Of a DNA stretch of 64,000 bases, positions 1-9,485 are shown in pieces; within the stretch, counting starts at the first letter, position 1, and each line of letters starts with the position of its first letter. Under the pieces are notes generated by a model, which ran no database searches, was not told the DNA's origin, and saw nothing but the letters and a program-made list of their open reading frames with translations. The translations under genes were made by a program, and so were the position numbers. Source of the stretch: Microgenomates group bacterium (GTDB taxonomy: Bacteria; Patescibacteriota; Microgenomatia; UBA12405); NCBI GenBank assembly GCA_049303675.1, contig JBAQNJ010000001.1:536711-600710 (forward strand), in the 5' to 3' direction.

Positions 1-2
1 TA

Positions 3-206
3 GCCAAATTACTCGAAATAATAGGCATCTCCAAAGACAATGCCACTGGAATAGGCGATGGAGGTAATGATTTGCACCTATTCAATGCCGTCGGGACAAA
101 AGTGGCCATGGGCAATGCAAGCGATGCCCTCAAGGCTAGGGCTGATATTGTCATTGATTCAATTAATAATGATGGTTTGGCTCAATATTTTGAGAGTCTG
201 AATTAG
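3..206 (+). CDS. HAD-superfamily (Cof-like) hydrolase, C-terminal fragment; 5' end outside window
   Basis: Frame 3 is open from the window edge to TAG at 204-206. The translation ...IGDGGNDLHLFNAVGTKVAMGNASDALKARADIVI... carries the HAD motif III (GDGxND). Confidence 0.6.
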   Translation, partial: AKLLEIIGISKDNATGIGDGGNDLHLFNAVGTKVAMGNASDALKARADIVIDSINNDGLAQYFESLN

Positions 207-232
207 CATTATCTGCAACTATATTTTCATTC

Positions 233-261
233 TTGCAAAGCCATTTTCTTACTGCTACAAT
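233..261 (+). promoter_or_regulatory. sigma70-like promoter TTGCAA-17 nt-TACAAT upstream of tuf
   Basis: Near-consensus -35 (233-238) and -10 (256-261) boxes with a 17-nt spacer, about 70 nt upstream of the tuf ATG. A GTCCGA-TAT-TCGGAC hairpin lies at 301-315 in the leader. Confidence 0.4.
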
Positions 262-333
262 CTTAAAGCGTTTTTCGCTATACTTAATAGTTACAAATTC
301 GTCCGATATTCGGACACTAAAATCTAAAAATCT

Positions 334-1506
334 ATGGCTGACAACTATAAAAGAACCAAACCACATGTAAACGTCGGTACTATCGGACACGTTGATCATG
401 GTAAAACTACCTTAACTGCGGCTATTTCTAAAGTCCAGGGAAGTTCCAAATCCTACGCAGACATCGCCAAGGGCGGTACTGTCCGTGATGCTTCCAAAAT
501 CGTTACTATCGCTATTTCCCACATTGAGTACGAAACTGATGCTCGTCATTATGCTCATATCGACTGCCCAGGACATGCCGATTATGTCAAAAACATGATT
601 ACCGGTGCTGCTCAAATGGACGGTGCTATCCTCGTCGTTTCTGCACCCGATGGTCCCATGCCTCAAACCCGTGAGCACGTTCTACTTGCCAAGCAGGTCA
701 ACGTTCCTTCACTCGTCGTCTTTTTAAACAAAGTCGATTTAGTCACTGATCCAGAATTCCTCGACCTCGTCGAAATGGAAATCCGCGATCTTTTGACCAA
801 ATATGGCTATCCAGGTGATACCACTCCCATTGTTCGCGGATCAGCTCTCAAAGCCTTAAACGGTGAAGCTGAGGGTACTGAATCTATCAAGAAATTGATG
901 GAAGCTCTCGATACCTACATTCCTGAGCCCAAGCGCGAACTTGATCAACCTTTCCTCATGCCTATTGAGGATGTCTTCTCTATCAAAGGTCGAGGCACAG
1001 TCGCTACCGGTCGTATCGAACGCGGTATCGTCAAAGTCAACGAAGAAATTGAAATAGTCGGTCTCAATGCCACCAAAAAGGCCGTTGTTACTGGAGTCGA
1101 AATGTTCCACAAAACACTCGATCAGGGTCAAGCAGGCGACAATGTCGGTATCCTACTTCGCGGAGTTGAAAAAGATGATATTGAACGTGGACAAGTATTG
1201 GCCAAAATTGGCTCAATTACTCCTCACACTGAGTTCAAAGCCGAAGTCCTACTTCTCAAAAAAGAAGAGGGTGGCCGTCATACTCCAATCTTCAATGGTT
1301 ATCGTCCCCAAGTTTTCATCAGGACCACTGATGTTACCGGTGATATTACCCTACCCGAAGGTATGGAAATGGTTATGCCTGGCGACAATGCCAATGTTAT
1401 AATCAAGCTCATCAAACCAGTAGCTATGGAAAAGGGTATGCGTTTTGCTATCCGAGAAGGTGGTTTGACAGTTGGTGCCGGTGCCATCACCGAAATAATA
1501 AAGTAA
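334..1506 (+). CDS. tuf: elongation factor Tu
   Basis: 390 aa. [11 protein letters not shown]-loop, DCPGHADY and NKVD GTPase motifs, full-length EF-Tu architecture. Confidence 0.97.
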   Translation: MADNYKRTKPHVNVGTIGHVDHGKTTLTAAISKVQGSSKSYADIAKGGTVRDASKIVTIAISHIEYETDARHYAHIDCPGHADYVKNMITGAAQMDGAILVVSAPDGPMPQTREHVLLAKQVNVPSLVVFLNKVDLVTDPEFLDLVEMEIRDLLTKYGYPGDTTPIVRGSALKALNGEAEGTESIKKLMEALDTYIPEPKRELDQPFLMPIEDVFSIKGRGTVATGRIERGIVKVNEEIEIVGLNATKKAVVTGVEMFHKTLDQGQAGDNVGILLRGVEKDDIERGQVLAKIGSITPHTEFKAEVLLLKKEEGGRHTPIFNGYRPQVFIRTTDVTGDITLPEGMEMVMPGDNANVIIKLIKPVAMEKGMRFAIREGGLTVGAGAITEIIK

Positions 1507-1518
1507 TTGTCTTTTTAA

Positions 1519-1560
1519 AGGGGCGCCCCGAAAGCTTTCGGGACGCCCTTTCATAAAAAA
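1519..1560 (+). terminator. rho-independent terminator after tuf
   Basis: GC hairpin GGGCGCCCCGAAAGC/GCTTTCGGGACGCCC followed by TTTCATAAAAAA. Confidence 0.6.
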
Positions 1561-1650
1561 CAATTTATTATAAAAATAGATCTTTAAAAATGTATTTTTT
1601 TAGTTCTAAATTGTTTTAAAAAATTATTAAATTTTTAAATTTTTTTAAAA

Positions 1651-1962
1651 ATGCCCAAAGGTAACAGAATCAGAATCAAACTAAAATCGTTTGATCATCG
1701 AATCATTGACCAAGCCGCCAACAAAATTGTTGAGGCTGCTGTTACTGCTGGTGCTACTGTTCAGGGTCCTATTCCTCTTCCCACAACCAAAAAAATTATA
1801 GTCGTCCTCACCAGTCCTCATGGTGACAAAAATGGCCGAGATCATTTTCAAATTCTCACCCACAAGAGATTAATTGATATCTACAATACTAGTTTACGTA
1901 CCGTCGACTCTCTCCAACATCTCGATCTTCCCTCAGGTGTTGAAATTGAGATTAAGATGTAA
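1651..1962 (+). CDS. rpsJ: 30S ribosomal protein S10
   Basis: 103 aa. Translation MPKGNRIRIKLKSFDH... matches S10. First gene of the S10 operon. Confidence 0.95.
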   Translation: MPKGNRIRIKLKSFDHRIIDQAANKIVEAAVTAGATVQGPIPLPTTKKIIVVLTSPHGDKNGRDHFQILTHKRLIDIYNTSLRTVDSLQHLDLPSGVEIEIKM

Positions 1963-1967
1963 TCACT

Positions 1968-2588
1968 ATGATATCCGGATTTGTCGTCAAAAAATCAACT
2001 ATGACCAATATTTATACCCCCGAGGGTAAACGTATTGCCGTCACCAAATGCATTGTTAGTCCCTTGACTGTCACCCAAATTAAATCTACCGACAAAGATG
2101 GTTATGCGGCTATTCAGGTCGCCTATGGTGCCAAGAAAAATTTAAATAAAGCCGTTTCCAGTAAAATATCCAAACTAAAGTTAGATATTTATCCTCGATT
2201 TTTCAAAGAATTCGATCTCACTTCCGAAACCATTCCCGAAATTGGCTCAAATATTGCTATCGATTCGGTTTTTGCCGTTGGCGACAAAGTCGCTGTTTAC
2301 GGTATTACCAAAGGACGCGGTTTTGCCGGTGTTATCAAGCGTTATGGTTTCCGTCGTCAACCTGTTTCCGGTGGTCAATCAGACAGGGTCCGCGCCCCAG
2401 GTGCTATTGGTGCCCAGACTCCAGGTAAAGTTATCAAGGGTAAAAAAATGCCAGGTCATATGGGTAATGTTCGTCAATATGTCAAAGGTCTTCAAATATT
2501 TAGTCTCGATGCTGCCAAAAATGAAATTGTTATCAACGGTCCAGTCCCAGGTCATGTTAATTCTTGGATTACTATTTGCAAGGCATAA
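1968..2588 (+). CDS. rplC: 50S ribosomal protein L3
   Basis: 206 aa. Position and sequence (GITKGRGFAGVIKRYGF, GAQTPGKV) match L3. Confidence 0.95.
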   Translation: MISGFVVKKSTMTNIYTPEGKRIAVTKCIVSPLTVTQIKSTDKDGYAAIQVAYGAKKNLNKAVSSKISKLKLDIYPRFFKEFDLTSETIPEIGSNIAIDSVFAVGDKVAVYGITKGRGFAGVIKRYGFRRQPVSGGQSDRVRAPGAIGAQTPGKVIKGKKMPGHMGNVRQYVKGLQIFSLDAAKNEIVINGPVPGHVNSWITICKA

Positions 2589-2593
2589 ATCAT

Positions 2594-3310
2594 ATGGCAA
2601 CTACCACTAAAGTCACCAAAACTATCAAAACCAAAAAAATAGTTAAAACTGTCAAAGCCGTTAAAGTTGCCACCGGAATCACCGCCCCAGTTTACAATCT
2701 CAGAGCCGAAAAAATAGAGGATATGTCTTTACCCAAAAATGTTTTTGGTGTCAAAGTCAATGATAGCTCAATTGCACTCGCTGTTCGTGCTTATCTTGCC
2801 AACAAACGTTCTGCTCGAGCCACCGTCAAAGAACGAGGTGATGTGGCTGGAACTACCAAGAAAATGTATGCCCAGAAAGGTACTGGTCAGGCCCGTCACA
2901 GTACAGCCAAAGTCGGTATTTTCGTTGGAGGAGGTAGCGTTCATGGTCCTCAGGGTACCCAAAATTACACCATCAAACTCAACAAAAAATTCAAACAAAG
3001 TACCTTAAATCAGGTATTATCCAAATTTGCGGCTGCCCAAAAAGTATTGATTGTCGAAGATTTTTCCAAGTTGGCCCCCAAGACCAAAGAAGCTTGGAAT
3101 TTTATGGAGTTATTAGAAAAGAATCATTCGGACTTGGCAACCTCCAAAAAAATTGGTATCATCGTCCCCGCTGGTTCAAATCATGTTACCCGTGCCTTCC
3201 GCAATATCCCCGGTTTCTCGATTTTCACCAGTTCTTCGTTAAATGTCTATCAATTATCACTTCAAAATACTTTGATTTTTGCCAAAGATTCAATTTTAGC
3301 TTTCAAATAA
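2594..3310 (+). CDS. rplD: 50S ribosomal protein L4
   Basis: ATG at 2594 inside ORF 2564..3310. L4-like sequence in the conserved operon position. Confidence 0.9.
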   Translation: MATTTKVTKTIKTKKIVKTVKAVKVATGITAPVYNLRAEKIEDMSLPKNVFGVKVNDSSIALAVRAYLANKRSARATVKERGDVAGTTKKMYAQKGTGQARHSTAKVGIFVGGGSVHGPQGTQNYTIKLNKKFKQSTLNQVLSKFAAAQKVLIVEDFSKLAPKTKEAWNFMELLEKNHSDLATSKKIGIIVPAGSNHVTRAFRNIPGFSIFTSSSLNVYQLSLQNTLIFAKDSILAFK

Positions 3311-3311
3311 T

Positions 3312-3617
3312 ATGGCCAACAATAGTCTGCAAAACATCATCACCGCTCCCATAGTTACCGAAAAATCTCTAGCGGCTCAGTCTCGTGGGGTTTATTCATT
3401 CTGGGTAGCACCTACTGCTACCAAGGGTCAAGTGGCCTCAGCTTTCAAACAAATATTCGCTATTACCCCACTCTCTGTCCGCACTATGAATTTAGGTGGC
3501 AAGGTCAAGTCCGATCCCCGCCGTCGCCAGACAATTTATAGAATTGATCGCAAACGGGCCCTAGTAACCATCGATAAGGACAAAAAAATTGAAATATTAA
3601 ATCTCAATACCAAATAA
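3312..3617 (+). CDS. rplW: 50S ribosomal protein L23
   Basis: 101 aa. Small basic protein in the L23 operon position. Confidence 0.88.
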   Translation: MANNSLQNIITAPIVTEKSLAAQSRGVYSFWVAPTATKGQVASAFKQIFAITPLSVRTMNLGGKVKSDPRRRQTIYRIDRKRALVTIDKDKKIEILNLNTK

Positions 3618-3618
3618 T

Positions 3619-4365
3619 ATGAAATCTAAATCACTTTATATAATTAAGAAAAAGACATCAGGACGCGATTCACAGGGCCATGTTTCAGTTCGTCATCGTG
3701 GTGGAGAAGAAAAGCGATTTATTCGGGTCATAGATTGGCAACGTTCCAAAATTGACGTCCCCGCCAAAGTCTTGGCCATCGAATACGATCCCAACCGGAC
3801 TGCTCAACTTGCTCTTATTATGTACATCGACGGTACTAGAGGTTATATTCTAGCTACTACCAATCTCAAAGTCGATGATGCGGTCATTGCCTCCGAAAAC
3901 GCTCCTATCAAAGATGGTAATCGCCTTCCACTTCGCAATATCCCTGTTGGAGTTGCCATTCATGGGCTCGAATTTCAGCCGGGCAAAGGAGCTCAGTTGG
4001 TTAAAAGTGCTGGTTCAGCCGCTTACATCCAAAGTATTGATGACAAAAAGGTCACTATTAAATTACCTTCAGGCGAATTAAGATTATTTAACGCCGAAAC
4101 TTGGGCAACCATTGGCCAAGTTAGCAATGCCGATCACTTCAACCAAAAATTAGTCAAAGCCGGAGATTCTCGCCATCGGGGTATCCGTCCTTCTGTTCGT
4201 GGTGTCGCTCAAAATCCTCACTCACATCCACATGGAGGTGGAGAGGGTAAGTCCAGTATTGGTATGAATCCCAAGACGCCTTGGGGCAAGCCAGCTATGG
4301 GCTATCGCACTCGAAAAAAGAAAAAAGCTTCCAACAAGTTAATTGTTCAACGACGTAAAAAGTAA
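3619..4365 (+). CDS. rplB: 50S ribosomal protein L2
   Basis: 248 aa. Conserved L2 C-terminal motifs GRDSQG, HPHGGGEGK and GMNPKTPWGKPA. The N-terminus is shorter than typical. Confidence 0.93.
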   Translation: MKSKSLYIIKKKTSGRDSQGHVSVRHRGGEEKRFIRVIDWQRSKIDVPAKVLAIEYDPNRTAQLALIMYIDGTRGYILATTNLKVDDAVIASENAPIKDGNRLPLRNIPVGVAIHGLEFQPGKGAQLVKSAGSAAYIQSIDDKKVTIKLPSGELRLFNAETWATIGQVSNADHFNQKLVKAGDSRHRGIRPSVRGVAQNPHSHPHGGGEGKSSIGMNPKTPWGKPAMGYRTRKKKKASNKLIVQRRKK

Positions 4366-4404
4366 CTTTTTACTTTTTCACTTTATAACTTTATAAACTA
4401 ACTT
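4366..4404 (+). repeat. CTTTATAA/AACTTTATAA tandem spacer motif upstream of rpsS
   Basis: Spacer ctttttactttttcactttataactttataaactaactt. Same motif family as spacers at 5779, 6683, 9447 and 9966. Confidence 0.6.
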
Positions 4405-4680
4405 ATGTCAAGATCAAGCAAAAAAGGACCATATATCGACGCCAAACTTCTGCTCAAGTCAGCCAAGATATCAGCCTCAGAGGCCATCAAAACTTGGGCC
4501 CGTAAAAGTCAGATTGCTCCCGAATTCATTGGTCACAACTATGCTGTTCACAATGGTAAAAAATTTGTCAACGTCTTTGTCACCGAAGACATGGTCGGTC
4601 ATTATTTTGGCGAATTTTCTCCCACCCGTACATTCAAAGGTCATGGACGTATTGTTAAACGTGTTATTGAAAAAACCTAA
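4405..4680 (+). CDS. rpsS: 30S ribosomal protein S19
   Basis: 91 aa. HNGKKFV and [16 protein letters not shown] motifs. Confidence 0.95.
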   Translation: MSRSSKKGPYIDAKLLLKSAKISASEAIKTWARKSQIAPEFIGHNYAVHNGKKFVNVFVTEDMVGHYFGEFSPTRTFKGHGRIVKRVIEKT

Positions 4681-4683
4681 ACT

Positions 4684-5133
4684 ATGGCTATTACTACTAA
4701 AAAAACTACTACTGTCAAAAAAGCTGTTGTTAGTAAAACAACTGCTCCAAAAATTGTTGAGGCAATTCCCACCCCAGTCAAAACTGGTCTGGCTAAATAT
4801 ATCAACAAAAATCTCAAGGTCTCCCCCCGTAAATTACGTTTAGTGGTCACTGCTATCAAAAATCTTGATCCAGCTACCGCATATACCCGCCTCAAGTTTA
4901 CTAATTCTAACGCCGCCCAATTATTAGCCCGAGCAGTCCAAGATGTGATCGCTTCTGCCAAGAACAATCACCATCTCGATCCCGCCACTCTAAAATTTTC
5001 CGAAATGAGAGTTGATGAAGGCATGAAGATCAAACGCATGGACAAATCACATGGTTCCCGTTTTGCCCGAGGTATTATTCAAAAAAGACATAGTCGATTA
5101 GTTATCGTTTTATCTGGTACAATACAAAGTTAA
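4684..5133 (+). CDS. rplV: 50S ribosomal protein L22 with N-terminal extension
   Basis: 149 aa. L22 core (SPRKLRLVV...AKNN) preceded by a Thr/Lys-rich extension of about 35 aa. Confidence 0.9.
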   Translation: MAITTKKTTTVKKAVVSKTTAPKIVEAIPTPVKTGLAKYINKNLKVSPRKLRLVVTAIKNLDPATAYTRLKFTNSNAAQLLARAVQDVIASAKNNHHLDPATLKFSEMRVDEGMKIKRMDKSHGSRFARGIIQKRHSRLVIVLSGTIQS

Positions 5134-5136
5134 TCT

Positions 5137-5778
5137 ATGGGAAATAAAATTAATCCAATCGGTTTTAGGTTAGAGACTGTCAAAAACAGTCCAGAATGGC
5201 AGTCTTCGTGGTATGCCAATAAAAAGCTCTATCCTCAATTGTTATTAGAAGACAAAAAAATCCGTGATTTTGTCCAGAAAAAATTGTCATCTGCCGGTAT
5301 TGTTTCCATTCGCATCGAACGCTCAGTCAAGAAGCTCAAAATTATCTTAGTTGTTTCTCGTCCAGGATTAGTTATTGGTCGTGGTGGTAAAGAGTTGGAA
5401 ATGCTCAAAAAAGATATCCAGAAAATTATTGCCAAAACTCCAGGCAAACAAAACATTGACATTCAGGTAGAAGAGTTTAAATTAGCCGATCTATCCGCCA
5501 AACTAATTGCCGAAAAGATTGCCTTCCAATTAACCAAGAGAATGCCCTATCGCCGAGTTGTCCTCTCTTCGATCGAAAAATCAATGGCCGCCGGTGCCAA
5601 GGGTGTCAAAATCGTCCTTGGTGGACGTATTAATGGTGCCGAAATTAGTCGACGCGAAAAATTTTCGCAAGGCAAAGTTCCTCTTTCCACTATCCGATCC
5701 AAAATTGATTATGCCGAATGCCCTTCATTAACTCGTTCTGGCTATATCGGAGTTAAAGTTTATTTATGTCTGGTCTAA
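5137..5778 (+). CDS. rpsC: 30S ribosomal protein S3
   Basis: 213 aa. KH-domain motif (GRGGKELE) and the S3 C-terminal domain. Confidence 0.93.
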   Translation: MGNKINPIGFRLETVKNSPEWQSSWYANKKLYPQLLLEDKKIRDFVQKKLSSAGIVSIRIERSVKKLKIILVVSRPGLVIGRGGKELEMLKKDIQKIIAKTPGKQNIDIQVEEFKLADLSAKLIAEKIAFQLTKRMPYRRVVLSSIEKSMAAGAKGVKIVLGGRINGAEISRREKFSQGKVPLSTIRSKIDYAECPSLTRSGYIGVKVYLCLV

Positions 5779-5833
5779 TTTTATAACTTTAACTTTACAA
5801 ACTTTTAACTTTATAAACTTTATAAACTAAATT
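5779..5833 (+). repeat. AACTTTA(T/C)AA tandem spacer array upstream of rplP
   Basis: ttttataactttaactttacaaacttttaactttataaactttataaactaaatt holds about 5 degenerate units. Confidence 0.6.
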
Positions 5834-6238
5834 ATGTTACAACCATCCCGTACCAAATATCGTAAACAATTCCGTGGCCGCATGAGAGGGCTCTCTCAAG
5901 GTCACTTAGTTGAGTTTGGTGATTTTGGTCTCAAGGCTCTCGAGTGTGGCTGGCTCACTGCCAATCAAATCGAAGCCGCCCGCAAAGCTATTTCTCACGC
6001 CACCAAACGTAACGGCCGGATGTGGCTTCGCGTCTTTCCCGACAAACCCTTTACCGAAAAGGGTGCTGGTGCACCACTTGGTGCAGGCAAGGGTGATGTC
6101 AAGGGTTATGTCTGTGTAGTTCGTCCTGGACGAATTATGTTTGAAATTTCCGGTGTCACCGATGCCGAAGCTAAAATTGCCCTCAATCTCGCTTCTGCCA
6201 AGTTACCTGTTACTACCAAGGTTGTCAAAAGAATCTAA
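5834..6238 (+). CDS. rplP: 50S ribosomal protein L16
   Basis: 134 aa. Translation MLQPSRTKYRKQFRGR... is a classic L16 N-terminus. Confidence 0.95.
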   Translation: MLQPSRTKYRKQFRGRMRGLSQGHLVEFGDFGLKALECGWLTANQIEAARKAISHATKRNGRMWLRVFPDKPFTEKGAGAPLGAGKGDVKGYVCVVRPGRIMFEISGVTDAEAKIALNLASAKLPVTTKVVKRI

Positions 6239-6253
6239 TTTAACCTAGTAATT

Positions 6254-6454
6254 ATGAAAAAAACTGATAAAATGTCCTACAGGCAAAAATCTCTACCAGA
6301 GCTTCAAAAACTCATGGCCGATCTGCAGAAGAAACTAGTGGAAACTAGACTCAAGCATCTTACTGGAAATCAGAAAGACACCTCACAGATTCGTAAAGTT
6401 AAATATGAGATTGCCTACGTCTTAACATTAATTACCGAAAATGGAAACAAATAA
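6254..6454 (+). CDS. rpmC: 50S ribosomal protein L29
   Basis: 66 aa helical protein in the L29 position. Confidence 0.85.
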   Translation: MKKTDKMSYRQKSLPELQKLMADLQKKLVETRLKHLTGNQKDTSQIRKVKYEIAYVLTLITENGNK

Positions 6455-6707
6455 AGGAAAAACATTTACTGGTGTTGTCGTCTCCGACAAAATGACCAAT
6501 ACTATCGTTATTGAGCTGAGCTATACCTCACGTCATCCGATGTACAAAAAAATCGTCAAAAAACATAAGAAAATTTATTCAGAAAACAACTTATCCGCCA
6601 AAACTGGCGACACTGTCTTAGTCCGCGAAACTCGTCCCCTTAGCAAGCTCAAAAGATTCACTACTGTAGAAATTATTAAAAAAAATCAAGAACTTTCAAC
6701 TTTATAA
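6441..6707 (+). CDS. rpsQ: 30S ribosomal protein S17
   Basis: 88 aa. Translation GVVVSDKMTNTIVIE... matches S17. The last 6 codons are encoded by the AACTTTATAA repeat. Confidence 0.9.
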   Translation: METNKGKTFTGVVVSDKMTNTIVIELSYTSRHPMYKKIVKKHKKIYSENNLSAKTGDTVLVRETRPLSKLKRFTTVEIIKKNQELSTL

Positions 6708-6732
6708 CTTTTAACTTTATAAACTAATTTCT
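6683..6732 (+). repeat. AACTTTATAA spacer array overlapping the rpsQ 3' end and preceding rplN
   Basis: Sequence gaactttcaactttataacttttaactttataaactaatttct. Confidence 0.55.
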
Positions 6733-7101
6733 ATGTTACAACTACGCTCAATCATCAAACCAGCCGACAACTGCGGAGCCCGTCGTGTCATGGTCATGCA
6801 CATCTACAAGGGTAGCGTTCATCGTAGTGCTACTGTTGGTGATATTGTTTTAGCCGTCGTCAAAGATGCCATTCCCAATGGCATGGTCAAGAAAAAAGAA
6901 AAAGTCAAAATGGTTATTGTTCGAACACGCAAAGAAATTCAACGTGCCGATGGTTCCCTTATCCGTTTCTCTGACAATGCCGCCGTCGTTATCGATGCTC
7001 AAAATAATCCCCGTGGTACTCGTATCTTTGGGCCGATTGCTCGTGAAATCAAAGACTTAGGTTTTAATAAAATTGCTTCAATGGCTCAGGAGGTCTACTA
7101 A
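6733..7101 (+). CDS. rplN: 50S ribosomal protein L14
   Basis: 122 aa. MLQLRSIIKPADNCGAR matches the MIQxxTxLxVADNSGA core of L14. Confidence 0.95.
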   Translation: MLQLRSIIKPADNCGARRVMVMHIYKGSVHRSATVGDIVLAVVKDAIPNGMVKKKEKVKMVIVRTRKEIQRADGSLIRFSDNAAVVIDAQNNPRGTRIFGPIAREIKDLGFNKIASMAQEVY

Positions 7102-7102
7102 T

Positions 7103-7426
7103 ATGAAAATTCAAAAAGGTGATACCGTCAAAGTATTAATCGGCAAGGATAAAGGTCGTGAGGGAGTTGTCGTTTCTGCTTTCCCCAAAAAGGACTCCCT
7201 AGTCGTCAAAGGCCTCAATATCTACAAAAAACACGTTAAGCCCTCTCAAGGACAGAAGGGTGGTATAGTCGAAAAAGAACGCGCTCTCCACTCTTCAAAA
7301 TTAATGTTGATTTGTCCTTCCTGTAAAAAAGCCACCCGTGTCAGTTATCAAATTGACAAGACTGGTTCCAAGTATCGTATTTGTCAAAAATGTAAGGCTA
7401 TACTAACCAATAAATTAACCAAATAA
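7103..7426 (+). CDS. rplX: 50S ribosomal protein L24 with C-terminal C4 zinc-ribbon extension
   Basis: ATG at 7103 inside ORF 7073..7426. KOW motif (KGDTVKVLIGKDKGREG) plus CPSCKK...CQKCK at the C-terminus. Confidence 0.85.
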   Translation: MKIQKGDTVKVLIGKDKGREGVVVSAFPKKDSLVVKGLNIYKKHVKPSQGQKGGIVEKERALHSSKLMLICPSCKKATRVSYQIDKTGSKYRICQKCKAILTNKLTK

Positions 7427-7427
7427 T

Positions 7428-7970
7428 ATGACCACCTCAACTTCATCTCTCACCACTTCCTTACTTAAAACTCTCCAAACTCAGTTTCCCCAGAGGAACA
7501 TCCATTCATTCCCTTCCCTTACCAAGGTAGTTCTCAATTACCGTGTCAGCGACGGTCGTGATAGTCAAGAGCAATTAGCTGCTGCCGAGACAGAACTAGT
7601 CGCTATCGCTGGTCAAAAACCCAAGCTTTGTAAATCCAAAAAATCTATCGCTACTTTCAAATTACGTGAAGGTGAGCCCTTAGCCTACAAAGTTACCCTT
7701 CGTGGTCTGCGTATGCACCAATTTGTCGAGAAACTTTTCAACATTGTTTTGCCTCGTCTTCGTGATTTCAAAGGTATGCCTCTTTCCGCCTTTGATCAGG
7801 AGGGGAACTATAATCTAACTATCAAGGATCAGACCTATTTTCCTGAAATCAATTTAGATAAAGTCAACAAAATTAGACCTATTCAAATTACTCTGTGTAT
7901 ATCTTCCTCTTCAAAAGAAGATTCAAAAATGTTATTATCCGCCTTAGGTTTTCCATTTGAGAAACAATAA
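7428..7970 (+). CDS. rplE: 50S ribosomal protein L5
   Basis: 180 aa in the L5 position with an L5-like core. Confidence 0.92.
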   Translation: MTTSTSSLTTSLLKTLQTQFPQRNIHSFPSLTKVVLNYRVSDGRDSQEQLAAAETELVAIAGQKPKLCKSKKSIATFKLREGEPLAYKVTLRGLRMHQFVEKLFNIVLPRLRDFKGMPLSAFDQEGNYNLTIKDQTYFPEINLDKVNKIRPIQITLCISSSSKEDSKMLLSALGFPFEKQ

Positions 7971-7972
7971 AT

Positions 7973-8158
7973 ATGGCTACTACTGCAAAAATAGTTCGAG
8001 AAACTAAAAAACTAAAATATTCGGTCCGTCACCACAATCGGTGTAGTTTGTGTGGCCGTCCTCACGCATTTATTCGTTTATTTGGCATTTGCCGTCTTTG
8101 TTTTCGCAAACTCGCCAATGCCGGTATGTTGCCCGGAGTTAAAAAGGCTAGCTGGTAA
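7973..8158 (+). CDS. rpsN: 30S ribosomal protein S14, zinc-binding type Z
   Basis: 61 aa with CSLCGRP...CRLCFR, a CxxC-x12-CxxC arrangement. Confidence 0.9.
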   Translation: MATTAKIVRETKKLKYSVRHHNRCSLCGRPHAFIRLFGICRLCFRKLANAGMLPGVKKASW

Positions 8159-8166
8159 AAATTACT

Positions 8167-8553
8167 ATGATTACTTCACTTTCCAACGATTTTTTAATTA
8201 GACTCAAAAATGGTTCCCGTGCTGATCGTAAAACAATTACGGCCCCTCTTTCCAAGTACTGTGTCGCTATTGCTCAATTGATCAAAAAGTATGGTTATAT
8301 TGCTGATTATTCTATCTCCGACTCTGACAAGCTGATAACTATCAGTTTTGCCTATCATGATGGTGTTCCAGCTATCTCCGATGTTCAATTATTTTCTCGT
8401 CCGGGACGTCGACTTTATGAAAAGGCTTTTTCCCTTCCCTGGGGTAAATCAAAAGACTCACTTATTATTATTTCCACATCCTCCGGTGTCATGTCTCAAA
8501 AAGAGGCCAAGAAAAGGGGATTGGGCGGCGAAGTTATCGCTGAAATTTGGTAA
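8167..8553 (+). CDS. rpsH: 30S ribosomal protein S8
   Basis: 128 aa in the S8 position with an S8-like C-terminus (GGEVIAEIW). Confidence 0.92.
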   Translation: MITSLSNDFLIRLKNGSRADRKTITAPLSKYCVAIAQLIKKYGYIADYSISDSDKLITISFAYHDGVPAISDVQLFSRPGRRLYEKAFSLPWGKSKDSLIIISTSSGVMSQKEAKKRGLGGEVIAEIW

Positions 8554-8559
8554 ACCACT

Positions 8560-9099
8560 ATGTCACGAATTGGAAATCTTCCCATTACTATTCCTGCAGG
8601 AGTCACTCTAGCCCAAGAAGGGTCACTCATTACTGTCACTGGACCCAAGGGTTCGTTGACCCTCTCTCTGCCACTCAAAATCAAAGTAGTCGTTACCGAT
8701 AATCAAGTTGTCATTTCTCGTTTAGGCGAGGACAAGAAAACCAAGGCTAATCATGGCACTATCCGTGCCCGAATTGCCAATATGATAAACGGTGTAGTCA
8801 CACTTTGGACCAAAGATATGGAAATCCGTGGCACTGGTTACAAATTCCAAGTCGCCGGCAACAAGCTCACTGTCCATGCTGGTTACATCAATCCTGTCGT
8901 AGTCACAGCCCTAGATGGGATATTTTTTGCCTCTGCCGACGAATCAAAACTAACCATTTCTGGTATCGACAAAGTAGTTGTTGGACAAACTGCCTCAAAT
9001 ATTCGTAAAATAAGAACACCCGAGCCTTACAAAGGTAAAGGAATTAGATATCTTAACGAATTTATCAAGCTCAAAGCCGGCAAGACCGCTAAAGCCTAA
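8560..9099 (+). CDS. rplF: 50S ribosomal protein L6
   Basis: 179 aa. MSRIGNLPITIP is the L6 N-terminus. Confidence 0.93.
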   Translation: MSRIGNLPITIPAGVTLAQEGSLITVTGPKGSLTLSLPLKIKVVVTDNQVVISRLGEDKKTKANHGTIRARIANMINGVVTLWTKDMEIRGTGYKFQVAGNKLTVHAGYINPVVVTALDGIFFASADESKLTISGIDKVVVGQTASNIRKIRTPEPYKGKGIRYLNEFIKLKAGKTAKA

Positions 9100-9104
9100 A
9101 ACAT

Positions 9105-9446
9105 ATGATCACTAAAAATAGAACTCAAAAAAGACAAAATCGTGTCCGTGCCAAAATTGCCAAAAACATTGGTATTCCTCGATTAACCGTCCTTCGTACT
9201 AACTCTCATATGTGGGTTCAGGTAATTGACGACAAACATGGTAAAACTTTAGCCAGTAGTTCCAGCAAAACCATCAAAGCTACTGGTTCCAAAACCGAAG
9301 TCGCCATTCAGGTTGGGACCGATATTGCCAAAAAATCATTAGCCAAGAAAATTCTCAATATTCGTTTTGATCGTGGTGGCTACAAATATCATGGCCGAGT
9401 CAAAGCTCTGGCCGATGCTGCCCGCGATGGAGGACTCAAGTTCTAA
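9105..9446 (+). CDS. rplR: 50S ribosomal protein L18
   Basis: 113 aa. RLTVLRTNSHMWVQVIDD and FDRGGYKYHGRVKALADAARDGGL match L18. Confidence 0.9.
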   Translation: MITKNRTQKRQNRVRAKIAKNIGIPRLTVLRTNSHMWVQVIDDKHGKTLASSSSKTIKATGSKTEVAIQVGTDIAKKSLAKKILNIRFDRGGYKYHGRVKALADAARDGGLKF

Positions 9447-9485
9447 CTTTATAACTTTATGAACTTTTAACTTTATAACTAACTT
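9447..9485 (+). repeat. AACTTTATAA spacer array upstream of rpsE
   Basis: Sequence ctttataactttatgaacttttaactttataactaactt. Confidence 0.6.
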
